64,000 nt of DNA from Octopus sinensis. Lineage: Eukaryota. Position numbers and translations under genes: made by a program. The notes beneath the pieces are model-generated. The model did no database searches. It saw only the letters and a list, made by a program, of their open reading frames with translations, and was not told the DNA's origin. This document shows positions 50,915 to 62,878 of the stretch, piece by piece (position 1 is the first letter of the stretch; every line of letters begins with the position of its first letter). Where the stretch lies: NCBI RefSeq assembly GCF_006345805.1, contig NC_043021.1, positions 17,484,001 through 17,548,000 on the forward strand, in the 5' to 3' direction.

Positions 50915-52010
50915 CTGTTAATTGTTTCAGTCATTTGACTGTGGCCATGCTGGAGCACCGCCTTTAGTCGAACAAATCGACCACAGGACTTATTCTTTGT
51001 AAGCCTAGTACTTATTCTATCGGTCACTTTTTGCCGAACGGCAAAGTTACGGGGATGTAAACACACCAGCATCGGTGGTCAAACAATGTTGGGGGGGAAG
51101 GGACAAACATAGACACACAAACATATACATACACACATATATATATATACATATATACGACGGGCTTCTTTCAGTTTCCGTCTACCAAATCCACTCACAA
51201 GGCTTCGGTCGGCCCGAGGCTATAGTAGAAAACACTTGCCCGAGGTTCCACGCAGTGGGACTGAACCCGGGGCCATGTGGTTGGTAAGCAAGCTACTTAC
51301 CACACAGCCACTCCTGCGCCTATAGCAAGATATGTAGCAAGATATAAATTAATTTGATATTACTGCATATTCTATCGGTCACTTTTGCCGAACCGCTAAG
51401 TTACGGGGATGTAAACACACCAGCATCGTTGGTCAAGCGATGTTGGGGGACAAACACAGACACACTAACACATACACACACATATATATATATGTACATA
51501 TATACGAGGGGCTTCTTTCAGTTTCCGTCTACCAAATCCACTCACAAGGCTTCGGTCGGCCGAGGCTATAGTAGAAAACACTTGCCCGAGGTTCCACGCA
51601 GTGGGACTGAACCCGGGGCCATGTGGTTGGTAAGCAGCTACTTACCACACAGCCACCCTGCGCCTATAGCAAGATATGTAGCAAGATATAAATTAATTTG
51701 ATATTACTGCATATTCTATCGGTCACTTTTGCCGAACCGCTAAGTTACGGGGATGTAAACACACCAGCATCGTTGGTCAAGCGATGTTGGGGGACAAACA
51801 CAGACACACTAACACATACACACACATATATATATGTACATATATACGAGGGGCTTCTTTCAGTTTCCGTCTACCAAATCCACTCACAAGGCTTCGGTCG
51901 GCCCGAGGCTATAGTAGAAGACACTTGCCCGAGGTTCCACGCAGTGGGACTGAACCCGGGACCATGTGGTTGGTAAGCAAGCTACTTACCACACAGCCAC
52001 TCCTGCGCCT
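50915..52010 (-). mobile_element. SINE family A with tandem triplication of its 5' two-thirds plus flank (344/345 bp period)
   Basis: tatagcaagatatgtagcaagatataaatt at 51321, 51665 and 52010. Confidence 0.9.
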
Positions 52011-52864
52011 ATAGCAAGATATGTAGCAAGATATAAATTGATTTGACATTACTGCATATTTTTTTAACTGTGCAACGTTATAGGCTGTAAAATAAATACT
52101 GATTAACGCAGTAAAAAGGTTGTGCGATGTTGATTCAGTGATGAAGAATACAAGGTCTGTTAAGAAAAACATTATCTTGAAACTGGTTAGAAGGAGTGGA
52201 ATAACATTTCTGAAATTATATTGAAAGAGGCGCTGAGGCTTTCTCCTTCGCCAAGTTACCAAATTTGTTATAATGCCCAGATATATTTGCGAGTATTGTC
52301 AGTGGTGTTAAATCAGCCAAATATTCCTGTTGGTAGTACTTCAAAGTGAACGCTGTTGTTCGTTTAAAGTCCAGGCCGCAACTAAACTTTCAATATCGGC
52401 GCGTTTCACTGTTGGGTGGGAGAAAGTTACATTCATAAAGTAAGACACATACACATATATTAACGTACACCCGAAGCCTATCTCTGTCCTTGCGTGCGTC
52501 GGTCGTCATAAAAATGTATGTATTACTGACGGACACACACGTATACTTGTCAGTTATCGGCCTAACGTAGGTAACGAACGCGCGAACACATACATATAGA
52601 AAATGTGACGTTATCGTCGTTGTAGTGGTGATCTAAAATGCCCTTTACGATATTTGACTAAAAGAAAAATGGCAATGTTAAATGTTTGTAATGCAAATAT
52701 GTGAATGAAAATATAGTTTAGTTGGTAGCCAAAAGCCTACTGAATCTTTTGATATTCCATATGTCAAAATCGGTTTCAGAATGCATAAGGAACATACGCA
52801 CGCACACATACACACACACAAACTCTCTTATATATATATATAATATATATATATATATATGATA

Positions 52865-53045
52865 GATCGTTAGCCACCACTACACACATTTTTTTTCTCT
52901 CCTTGTTTTTTCTGTGTACCTTTCTGTAAAAGAGCGTAGGCTCGAAACGTAAAAGACTTTTTCTATTCCTGAGCGCTATACTAATACAATCTGTTTGTTT
53001 TGTACACCACCTGTCTTCGTCTTTTGTATTTTCGTAAACTTTCCC
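52865..53045 (+). mobile_element. Solo PLE-1-type terminal repeat with a decayed H2 hammerhead (52919-52956)
   Basis: cttt-CTGTAAA-a-gagc-gtag-gctc-GAA-ACGT-A-aaag; collinear with the reverse complement of 43938-44130. Confidence 0.75.
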
Positions 53046-53090
<45 letters not shown>

Positions 53091-53544
53091 ATATATATAC
53101 TAAAAGACTAAAAGAGTGAGACACTCCTCAGCTTTTACTAAAACCTGTTTCTGAGAAAAGGTCACTCCGATATAAAACCAGAAAGACAGGAAATGGCATA
53201 GAACATTTTGGAAGAACTTCTGCTTGTGTTTCTGATCATGGCGCTCCCACATTCCCGAGCCTGCAACCCATACTGGTACTGGATATCTTGTGGCTTGTCT
53301 CTAAATCATATCAGTGGGGTGGACAGGATCTGTGAGGTGCTAAGCAAGCCTTATTGGACCTATAACTGTTGGTTCCCAATTGCTAGAGAAGCGACTTTTC
53401 TGACGCTTGGTCGAGTAGGAGGGCACCGCGGCGATCAGGGAAGCCGCAGGTGCGAGTCCGCGTGGATCGTGGGTCAGGCATTGCTGACATTTTGCATGGG
53501 CACTGGTCGGTGATGGTCTTCCTGGATCACGAGTGGACAGCCAT

Positions 53545-53578
<34 letters not shown>

Positions 53579-53581
53579 CAC

Positions 53582-53625
<44 letters not shown>

Positions 53626-53669
53626 ACGGATATATCTACCTTGAAGAATATTAGTCGAATGAATAGACC

Positions 53670-53769
53670 NNNNNNNNNNNNNNNNNNNNNNNNNNNNNNN
53701 NNNNNNNNNNNNNNNNNNNNNNNNNNNNNNNNNNNNNNNNNNNNNNNNNNNNNNNNNNNNNNNNNNNNN
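53670..53769. other. Assembly gap (100 N)
   Basis: Run of N. Confidence 1.
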
Positions 53770-53959
53770 CGACAAAATTAAATGATGGAAAGAACACCGG
53801 CCAAAAAAAAAAAAAGAATTCCACGAATTTTAAATAATTTCCCGAGGAAGCAATCTTTAAAAAAGAAAGGTTTCCGCTGACCCTTGATGAAAAAGCAAAA
53901 GAATTGGCCCAAGCAGCAGTAAAAAATCATAAAAATTAAGGGCTGGGCTTAGGCAGCGG

Positions 53960-55155
53960 TTCTTGCACCTCCTGAATTGGTGGAACTGAAGTGCGGGGGA
54001 GGGGAATACTATTTATTTTAAATGTGTCTCTCGGAAGAGCAGGAGAGCAGAAACAGCAGCTGTTTGCAAAGTGGAGGAGGTTCTGAAGGACATTTTAGAA
54101 GCCATGGCCGGATCTTTTCGGTTTGACCGGCAGTTTTTTTTTTTAATTTCCACGTAACTAAACACTTTTAAACTTCGTATACTGGTAGAATGTGTTTATA
54201 AAACATCTTTTTCTCTTGGCTTTCTTGAGAAAATTCTGTAGTTTGTAAGATATTTGTTGTTTTTTTTTTCTTCTTCAATTTCTGCAATTTCAACCAATCA
54301 ATGACATCTATTGAGGTGAAAACATTCTGTGCCGTATGTATATGTCTCTCGTTTAAGAAACAGATTGGGTTTATTTACATTTCTGAAGAAAAAAAATACC
54401 CTTCCCCTCACCCCTAACCCTAAAATAGATTGAAATGCAATAGATCGATACTATGGTCATAATTATAGGTGACAATTTCATATGACACCGCTAGAAAAAA
54501 CTGCCGGTCAAACCGAAAAGATCCGCCATGGCCCACTTACAAAGAGGCAGGCAGCATTGAGGGCCTTTTCAGAAGTGAGGAACTCGCACGTAAACATGCA
54601 GTAACGCTCCGATGGAGTGAGGAGTGGGTCTTGTATCCAACCTACGTCTTAAACAGAAATGCCAGAATAAAAATATCAGACGTTCCTTTCCGGGGTGAAT
54701 GTCTGGTGAGATCGTAACGTGCGTGGTAGAGGACTCGGAGTCACCTCTACAGGGGAAACGGAGCAGCAGGGAAAACTGGTCCGGGATAATCATTGAAATC
54801 CTGCCGGAAAACATGGAAAAAAAATCCCGGACTTTACACAGCTGCCCAACAGAGTTGCCTTGCGTGTTATAGTAGGAGGCAGAAAGCCTAAGTGCGACAT
54901 TTGTGGGGCCACACGCCACCTCAGGGCTTTCTGCCCAAAAGGGACAGAAGGTACGAGGCCACCCGCACCACCCAAGCAAAACCCTCAACAACAGCAACAA
55001 CTGAGACAATATGCAACCTCATATTCAGGTGAAGCACAAACAAAGACAATCGGGATACCCACCCGGGGTGTCTCCCAAACCAGCACTCCGTCTCCCCCTC
55101 TCTCTCTCAAGCACACGCTCACGCAAACACGAACAGACTCACACATCGCATAGCG
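53960..55155 (+). pseudogene. Probable L1/Tx1-type ORF1 (gag-like) remnant, interrupted by a MITE
   Basis: CCHC knuckle CDICGATRHLRAFC (54893-54934) preceded by IEGLFRSEELARKHAV..WVLYPTY..RIKISDVP; frameshifted. Clade assignment is inference. Confidence 0.55.
54110..54524. mobile_element. GGATC-TIR MITE (opposite orientation)
   Basis: Perfect 9-bp TSD gccatggcc (54101-54109, 54525-54533). Confidence 0.9.
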
Positions 55156-55189
55156 AAGACGAGGAAGAACCACAAAAAAGCAACAAAAA

Positions 55190-55387
55190 AAGCTGGGGTA
55201 TCGTCTTGAAGGGTTTTTAGTCGAATGAATTGGTCCCAGGGTTTATCTTTTTCTTAAGCCTGGCACTTAAACCTATCGGTCTCTTATGCCGAACTGCTAC
55301 GTTACGTGGACACAAACGAACCAACACCGGTTGTCAAGCCGTGGCGGGGGACAAACGCACGCACAAACACACACACTCACACACACT

Positions 55388-55420
<33 letters not shown>

Positions 55421-55620
55421 GACGGGCTTCCCTCAGTTTCCTTATTTCTTTACTGCCCATAAGGGGCTTCCCACAGTCTCCACCAACCAAATCCACTCAC
55501 GAGGCTTTAGTCGGTCTGGGGTTATAGTAGAAGACACTTGCTGAAAGTCTCACGTAGAACCCAGAACCCAGAACCATGTGCTTGGGAAGCAAGCTTCTTA
55601 CCATACAACCATGCCAGTTT
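55190..55620 (-). mobile_element. Diverged SINE family A with an inserted family B tail fragment
   Basis: Family A motifs; cttatttctttactgcccataagggg at ~55441. Confidence 0.7.
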
Positions 55621-56416
55621 GTTTTGTTTTTTATATCCTTCTTTAAAATCCGCTCCTTGCCTTCCTCTAGAGCTTCCAAGAGAAATTCCACGAAGCAAAA
55701 CATGACTGCTTTCGGAGCCATAAAAGGGTGGGAATCCTGTCGAAATTCAAACGGGTCTATGAATTTGTTTGTTTTTCTAAGGAAGAGCCCCTCAGATATT
55801 TAGGGGTTCCCCGTGGCTCCCCGACTTCCAAACCGGTGTTCTGGCTAAAGCTGTCTTACAGTTCCTGCTGTCGACCTTACCATTTCATCCGTCTCCTCCA
55901 GGGTTCGCGGTGTTGACATAATCGACTCCATGCTCGCCCACCACCACCCAATTTCTGGTTCAGCGCAAAAATTAGAAATCATTACTGATGAAATAATTAA
56001 TTAATTAATTCCAGAGTGTCTAAATAATTAAAGCGTATGAATTAATTAACGTCGACGTAATGATATATTTTAGGTCTCGCGTCACTTTTTATAGCCAACC
56101 ACACACCACCCCCACCCCCAATTCACACACCCTATATGGTGAGTTAAATGTTAATTAAGTTGTTAATTGGATTTAAATAGCTTCTAATCACATCTACAGA
56201 TCTGAAATCGATTGATTGATTGATTGATTATTCGTAGTGGTGGTCGTGGCGGTGGTCGTCGCGGAGGTGGCGGTGGTTCTGCTGCTGCTGCTGTTGGTAT
56301 TGTTGTTGTTCATGTTGATGTTGTTGTTAGTATAATTGTTGTTATTGCTACTTCTATTGTTGTTTTTATTGTTGTTGTCTGCAACTATTGTTGTTATTAT
56401 TAATAATAATAATATT

Positions 56417-56490
<74 letters not shown>

Positions 56491-56580
56491 CATTATTAGA
56501 AAAGGATTGACGTAACTCTTCGCAAAGGTAAACAGCCAAGACGAAGAGAGCGAATCGATTGTAAAAGATTTTTTTATTGA

Positions 56581-56623
56581 TTGAACGATATTTCGACAGT
56601 ATGTCTGTCTTTGTCGAGTTCAA
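56581..56623 (-). ncRNA. Hammerhead variant, family H3 (U3-A8, C4)
   Basis: ttgaac-TCGACAA-a-gacag-acata-ctgtc-GAA-ATAT-C-gttcaa; 6-bp helix I, 5-bp helix II. Confidence 0.75.
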
Positions 56624-56879
56624 AATAAGAAGTGATTAAAATTCAAAATTATAGAAATCTAAACGTAAAGTCTGAACGAGAGCAACCAGCCTCAACACTA
56701 TTTCTTTATTCAACCAGCCTCCACACGTTGATGGAACGACATCATCAGTTTTTAAGTTACAATTTTATAACTGGCGAAAAGTAAAAGACAGAAAGAAAAA
56801 AAAAACAGAAAAAAGAAGACAACAGAAAAAATAGGAAAGAAAAAAGAGAAAAAGAAGACTATTTAATCAAACAGTCTTG

Positions 56880-58167
56880 GGATCTTTTCTATTCTGAAGC
56901 CAGGACCACAGATCTTTCTACTTAACTAAATAATCTGAAACTTCGTATGCTGATAGAGTCTAGCAAAACAAGACACAGGTTGGAACTAGTTTATTTAAGA
57001 AAATCTATTTTATGACTTTAATCGTAGATTAAAACTGCGAATTTTAACCAATCAGATTGTTTGTTTTCATGTGTAAAACTTGACTGCATTCTATTAGTGT
57101 GACGTAGAAAGCGCTTTTGTGACGTACTAACGTTCGGAAAACTGTAAACAAACACGGCAGACGAAATACGGCTACGCATTTCGCCCGGCGTGCTAACGTT
57201 TCTGCCAGCTCTTTGCTTTTTTAATATTAAATTTCGGCGAAGTTTCGCTTGTCGTAGCACAAGTTTTCCGTCGATTTCCGTAAAAAACTTTTATTTTTTT
57301 ACATAAGTAATGAGAGCGAAAGAGACTAAGAGGAAGCGATTTTATGACGAGGGAAGTTTGTCTTTGAAGTTACCGTCTAGGGGAAGCATTGATGTACATG
57401 TGTGTGTGTGTGTGTGTTTGATGGGTTGTGGGAGACAGACAGTATGTTGTGTAAGTGAAGTGCTTCTGTTAGTGTGTGTGAAGAGACAGAGAGAGTAATG
57501 TGTGAAAGAGAGAGATAACTGAAATTTTTTACTCGGTGTATGTGTATATGTATGTCTGCATGTATGTGTGTGTGTGTATGTATCTATGTATGTATGGCCG
57601 ATTCATCGTAATTACGATGAATCGGCCATACATACATACACACACACACATACTTACACATACATACACACACACATACATGCAGACATACATATACACA
57701 TACACCGAGTAAAAAAATTCAGTTATCTCTCTCTTTCACACATTACTCTCTCTGTCTCTTCACACACACTAACAGAAGCACTTCACTTATACAACATACT
57801 GTCTCCCACACCCCATCAAACACACACACACACACATGTACATCAATGCTTCCCCTAGACGGTAACTTCAAAGACAAACTTTTGTTATTAGAAGGTGGCT
57901 GACTATAGCTTGTTTACATTTAAGATGTCTAATACGTCACGAAATTGGTGGTCGAGACGGAGTAAATAAAATAAAGCCGAATGACGGAATATCATTGGTT
58001 AAAATTCTAATTATTAAACAACGTTAAACTTAGAAGTTACAATTCCGTTTTCATTCTGGTTTACAATTAAGTTTACTTTTGACACATTCTACCAGTATAC
58101 GAAGTTTCAAATTGTTTGGTTCAGTAGGAAAAATTTGAAAAAACTGGCTTCAGAATAGAATAGATCC
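56880..58167. mobile_element. Longer (1.29 kb) non-autonomous GGATC-TIR element
   Basis: Termini ggatcttttctattctgaagccag / ctggcttcagaatagaatagatcc; TSD cagtcttg / cagtctcg; subterminal acacattctaccagtatacgaa shared with the short MITEs. Confidence 0.8.
57354..57881. repeat. Spacer-less palindrome, arms ~258 and ~270 bp
   Basis: Centre ggccgattcatcgtaa|ttacgatgaatcggcc at 57611/57612; arms are near-identical apart from microsatellite length. Confidence 0.92.
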
Positions 58168-58179
58168 CAGTCTCGTATA

Positions 58180-58418
58180 CAATTGCAGCGTGGAAGGTGT
58201 TTGCAAGCCATTCGATTCACTTCAACATTTAAGTTTAATTTGTCAAAATATTTTCGTCGCTTTAAGACCGCGACCTGTTCACTGACAAAAATCCGTGCTG
58301 CACGGACGGCTTTTGTGTGTTTCTTAAATGGCTTACAAACACCTTCCACGCTGCAATTGTTTTCGTTTCAGCACACGATCTCAGATCAAATCACTTGCTA
58401 TGCAAGTACATCTCCGTA
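58180..58418 (-). mobile_element. Small non-autonomous element with a 33-bp inverted repeat and an internal hammerhead
   Basis: acaattgcagcgtggaaggtgtttg(c/t)aagccat inverted at 58179 and 58328-58360; flanked by agtct(c/t)gtata duplication (58169-58179, 58419-58429). Confidence 0.7.
58239..58289 (-). ncRNA. Hammerhead variant, family H4 (G3-C8)
   Basis: tttgtca-GTGAACA-g-gtcgc-ggtcttaaa-gcgac-GAA-AATATT-T-tgacaaa; 7-bp helix I, 5-bp helix II. Confidence 0.75.
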
Positions 58419-58894
58419 AGTCTTGTATATATTTGATGATATTCTCCTGTCATTTTATTCATTCCTCCAGGGCGTGATGTTAATAACCCGCAAACATATT
58501 TCTCCTCATGCATTTTGAGAAGTGAAAGTGTAGCAGATTCAGAATATTTTCTGAGAATATGCACTTTCAAGTCTTCTTCAGAATTGCAGCCACTTGAAAC
58601 GAAATGTTCAGCAAGTTCTGTCGAACTACTGTTCTTGTGGCTGACGTCGAATCTGTGCCCATTAAACCTTTTGTTTAATCGTTCTGTTGTACAACCATCA
58701 TAAATCAAGTTGTGTTTCGTGCATATTACCGCGTACACCAAACGGGATTCTCTACATGTCCCACCTTCAGTATAAATCATAACATTTTTGTTATGATTCT
58801 TGAAGGAATTCACTTCACTCATGTTGTTGCACAATGAACAGGGCTTACTTCTCTTGCGGCTGTTCTTTAAGGTACAGCGTGTAGATACTCCAAT

Positions 58895-59279
58895 GTGGAG
58901 GCGCAATGGCCCAGTGGTTAGGGCAGCGGACTCGCGGTCGTAGGATCGCGGTTTCGATTCCCAGACCGGGCGTTGTGAGTGTTTATTGAGCGAAAACACC
59001 TAAAAGCTCCACGAGGCTCCAGCAGGGGATGGTGGTGATCCCTGCTGTACTCTTTCACCACAACTTTCTCTCACTCTTACTTCCTGTTTCTGTTGTACCT
59101 GTATTTCAAAGGGCCGGCCTTGTCACTCTCTGTGTCACGCTGAATATCCCCGAGAACTACGTTAAGGGTACACGTGTCTGTGGAGTGCTCAGCCACTTAC
59201 ACGTTATTTTCACGAGCAGGCTGTTCCGTTGATCGGATCAACCGGAACCCTCGTCGTCGTAACCGACGGAGTGCTTCCC
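58895..59279 (+). mobile_element. SINE family C inserted in PLE-2
   Basis: TSD agatactccaat (58883-58894, 59280-59291). Confidence 0.92.
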
Positions 59280-59928
59280 AGATACTCCAATCTTCGTTTT
59301 CTTGGAGTCAGATATAGAGGTCAATAATTCTCTTATATTCTTATTCCATCTAAAGGCTACAATAGGTGGCTGAGGAAATATCTGTTTGAAGCGAGGATAT
59401 TTTTTCGCTACATGCTGGTAACTTTCATGCAACACTTTTGAAATGCCAGCAAAATGTCGGTGCCAGTTAATTACTAAAGGAATTCTGTCATCTATTGTAT
59501 TGTGTTTGCTAAAATTATGCGTATAGGTTTGACTATCTTTGCTAATCTTAGCTATTTCATTTGCTATTTCCTTAATCAGGATTCACTGTAACCGCGTTTG
59601 ACGTAATGATGTACAAAAGCATTTGCATGTTCCCAGTAATCCCTTATATCAGTACAAATCTGTTTTATCCTCAAAGATTGAGATTTCGGATTTGACCGAA
59701 TAATATGATGTGGATGATCGGAGCGGCGACGGAGATAAATGTGGGATGACGTGGGCTTGCAAAATAACTCTGTCACTATTCTGCCTCCAGAAAACTTGAC
59801 CTTTGTGTTCAAAAATTCAACGCTAGTTTTTGAAAAACTAGATGTAAATTTTATGTTGAACTTAAAGTCGTAGTTTCAAGCATAACAGTCACAGAGATGC
59901 AAGAAGTTCATTAAACTATCCTGTGATC

Positions 59929-60180
59929 CTTGTGAAAGGTAGGAGAGTCCAGTTTGCTGGACATTGTTGTAGAGCTGAAAAAGAGGTAATCTCTACTCTT
60001 CTCCTCTGGAAGCCATCTACTCGCAATACCAGAGGGCGCACACTCTCCTACCCTGATGTAATCTCCAGGGATACAGGCATCCAGCAACAGGACCTCCGTA
60101 ATGCCATGATGGACCCTGAAGTCTGGCGTAGCATGGTAAATTCCATTGTCTCGACCACGGTCGAACAATGATGATGATGA
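59929..60180 (+). mobile_element. RTE LINE 3'-terminal ~250 bp, inserted in the PLE-2 RT
   Basis: LVKGRRVQFAGHCC..STTVEQ* plus (TGA)n; TSD tgatcctt (59924-59931, 60181-60188). Confidence 0.9.
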
Positions 60181-60823
60181 TGATCCTTCCCAGACATTAA
60201 AAAGAACGTCATCAATGAACCGTAGCCAAAGTATTGGTCATGACCATGAAGGGGTTTGAATGTCTTCAGTAGCTGTGTCTCGAACTTCGTCAGTTCACTG
60301 CCATGGGAGTACCCATGGCGCAACCCTTCGTCGACAAAACAAAACGATTGTTCCTACAGTGTGTGGTGTGGACTGTACATTAGAAATTCCGTGTGAGAAA
60401 AAATGTTTGGTTGTATTGGAATTTCAGGAAAATTTTCTCCTACCATTTTCAACCTGGCTGCAATTCTGAAGAAGACTTGAAAGTGCATATTCTCAGAAAA
60501 TATTCTGAATCTGCTACACTTTCACTTCTCAGAATGCATGAGGAGAAATATGTTTGCAGGTTATTAACATCACGCCCTGGAGGAATGAATAAAATGACAG
60601 GAGAATATCATCAAATTTATACAAGACTGTTTGATTAAATATTCTTTTTTTTTTCCATTTCTATTTTCTTTCCTCTTTTTTTTCTGTCTTTTTCTTTTCG
60701 CCTGTTATAAAATTGTAACTTAAAAACTGATGATGTCGTTCCATCAACGCGTGGACGCTGGTTGCTCTCGTTCATACTTTAAATTTAGATTTCTATAATT
60801 TTGAATTTTAATCACTTCTTATT

Positions 60824-60866
60824 TTGAACTCGACAAAGACAGACTTACTGTCGAAATATCGGTCAA
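60824..60866 (+). ncRNA. Hammerhead variant, family H3, second copy
   Basis: ttgaac-TCGACAA-a-gacag-actta-ctgtc-GAA-ATAT-C-ggtcaa. Confidence 0.72.
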
Positions 60867-60906
60867 CCAATAAAATATCTATTACCATAGAATCGTGCTC
60901 TTCGTC

Positions 60907-60957
<51 letters not shown>

Positions 60958-61342
60958 TTATTATAGTTGTTGTTGTTATTATTATTATTATTATTATAAT
61001 TCATCTTCGTCGTCGTCATCTTCTTCTTCCCTCTCCTCCTCGTCATCATCTTCACCATCATCATCGGCATCTTCATCGTCGTTGTCATGATTATCGCCAG
61101 TTATCTTCAACGTTGCCGTCATCACCAACCTTGTCGTCACTACCACTACCACCACCACCACCTCCACCACCACCACCTCCACCACCACCACCTCCACCAC
61201 CACCACCTCCACCACAGCAACAACAACACACAACGTCACCATAACCTTCTCGCTACCTACCATCATAGTCATCGCCTGATTGCTAATCTAAAAAGGCGAA
61301 AGGGCGTGGTGTCTACTTTATCATCCATCCATACAAAACTGT

Positions 61343-61391
<49 letters not shown>

Positions 61392-61541
61392 ATATATATA
61401 TATGTATGTATGTATGTATATATATATCGGCCGACGCAACTTTTATAAAGGCGATGCTCCAGCATGACCACAGTCAAATGACTGAAACAAGTAAAAGAAA
61501 AGAATATACATACAATATATGTGTGTGTATGTTTATATGTT

Positions 61542-61574
<33 letters not shown>

Positions 61575-61739
61575 GCGTGTGTGTGTATGTGTGTATGCAT
61601 GCATGTATGTACACATGCATGTATGTATGCATACGTGTATGTATGCATACGTGTATGTATGCATACGTGTATGTATGTATGTGTATATGTTTGTATGGAT
61701 GGATGGATGTATATTTAAATTATTATGTCTGTCCCCTCG

Positions 61740-61770
<31 letters not shown>

Positions 61771-61784
61771 CATACATACATACA

Positions 61785-61815
<31 letters not shown>

Positions 61816-62523
61816 GGGAGAAATATTTCAAGATAAGAACAAGACTGTTTCGGACCCCGTTGAACACTCAGAGGCTCATTGTTACTCTCCGGACCGAAGA
61901 GCGACATATTAACTTGAACCCACCTATACATCTCCTGTGGTTGAGCAACAACGGTACCTATGTCGAAGCTCAATGGTCAACGTAGATTAAGCAACAATAT
62001 AGCAGATGAAAGACGTCCTTATGACAAACGCTCATCAAATGACAATTGCTCGGCAGAGCCTAAACATTTGTAGACCGTAGATTTTCAAATTTATGCAATA
62101 CATCCAGAATGAATTCTTTCTGGTGACGACAACTACATGATAACTCTGATCTGTGATTAAGCCTATATCACTGAATGTTTTAGAATGTGGAACTTTTCTA
62201 CAAAGCAAAGCCTGCAGTTTCGACCTTCGGTGAAGTGTTCAGTAGTCGATGCTGTCCTAAGCTTTTAGAGTACTTTCCAGGCTACAGTACCCGCGTTTCC
62301 AAATCCAGATGATCTGAGACAAGATGGTAGAGAAGATGCGTGCAGTTTTGGTCTTGTGTTCGGTAACTTCGATAGTGGTGACAATAGGTAACTTATATTA
62401 TAAATACACGTGTATATGTGTGTATAACATACAAACACATGCACACACACGCACACACACCATACAGACGCGCACACAAACACATATCTATATAGACAGA
62501 CAGACACAGAGAGATAGACAGAC

Positions 62524-62606
<83 letters not shown>

Positions 62607-62756
62607 CAGACAGACATACACATATGCATTTACATATACAAATTCATATGAATAATAAATATACATACTCACACACACATATATGCATTTACATACGCTG
62701 ACATGTTTACATATATATATATACTTTATTTAAAGCAGCAGAAAATTTAACAAAAC

Positions 62757-62793
62757 CTGTTACTCTAAGTTTCCATTGCCGTTCATCGGACAG
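62757..62793 (-). ncRNA. Hammerhead motif, family H5 (C4)
   Basis: ctgt-CCGATGA-a-cg-gcaa-tg-GAA-ACT-tag-AGT-A-acag. Confidence 0.65.
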
Positions 62794-62840
62794 TTTTTGC
62801 TAGAATGGAACCGATATGTCTGTACCATTCTAGCAAAAAA

Positions 62841-62878
62841 CTGTCCGATGAACGGCAACGGGAAACTCAGAGTAACAG
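62841..62878 (+). ncRNA. Hammerhead motif, family H5 (C4)
   Basis: ctgt-CCGATGA-acg-gcaa-cgg-GAA-ACT-cag-AGT-A-acag; GUA cleavage triplet. Confidence 0.68.

Larger units (their letters stand above)
56530..60900 (-). mobile_element. Penelope-like element PLE-2 with inverted 5' terminal repeat, heavily nested
   Basis: Minus strand: GCAMGTPMA (~60310), WLRFIDD (~60210), IKFT..VEFLNTKV..KPT, GIY-YIG TCRESRLVYAVICTKHNLIYDGCTTERLNKRFNGH, 3' repeat 56530-56879. Inverted copy of ORF end and repeat on the plus strand at 60455-60900. Confidence 0.88.

Noticed and set aside
53200-53530. GC-richer stretch that might be an exon or LTR-retrotransposon fragment
   Set aside because: No recognisable motif in the frames I translated and no convincing splice context; left unassigned.
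60726-60760. CTGATGA in the PLE-2 terminal repeat (also ~56742 minus)
   Set aside because: No downstream GAAA or helix II; the real motif is the variant about 100 nt further on.
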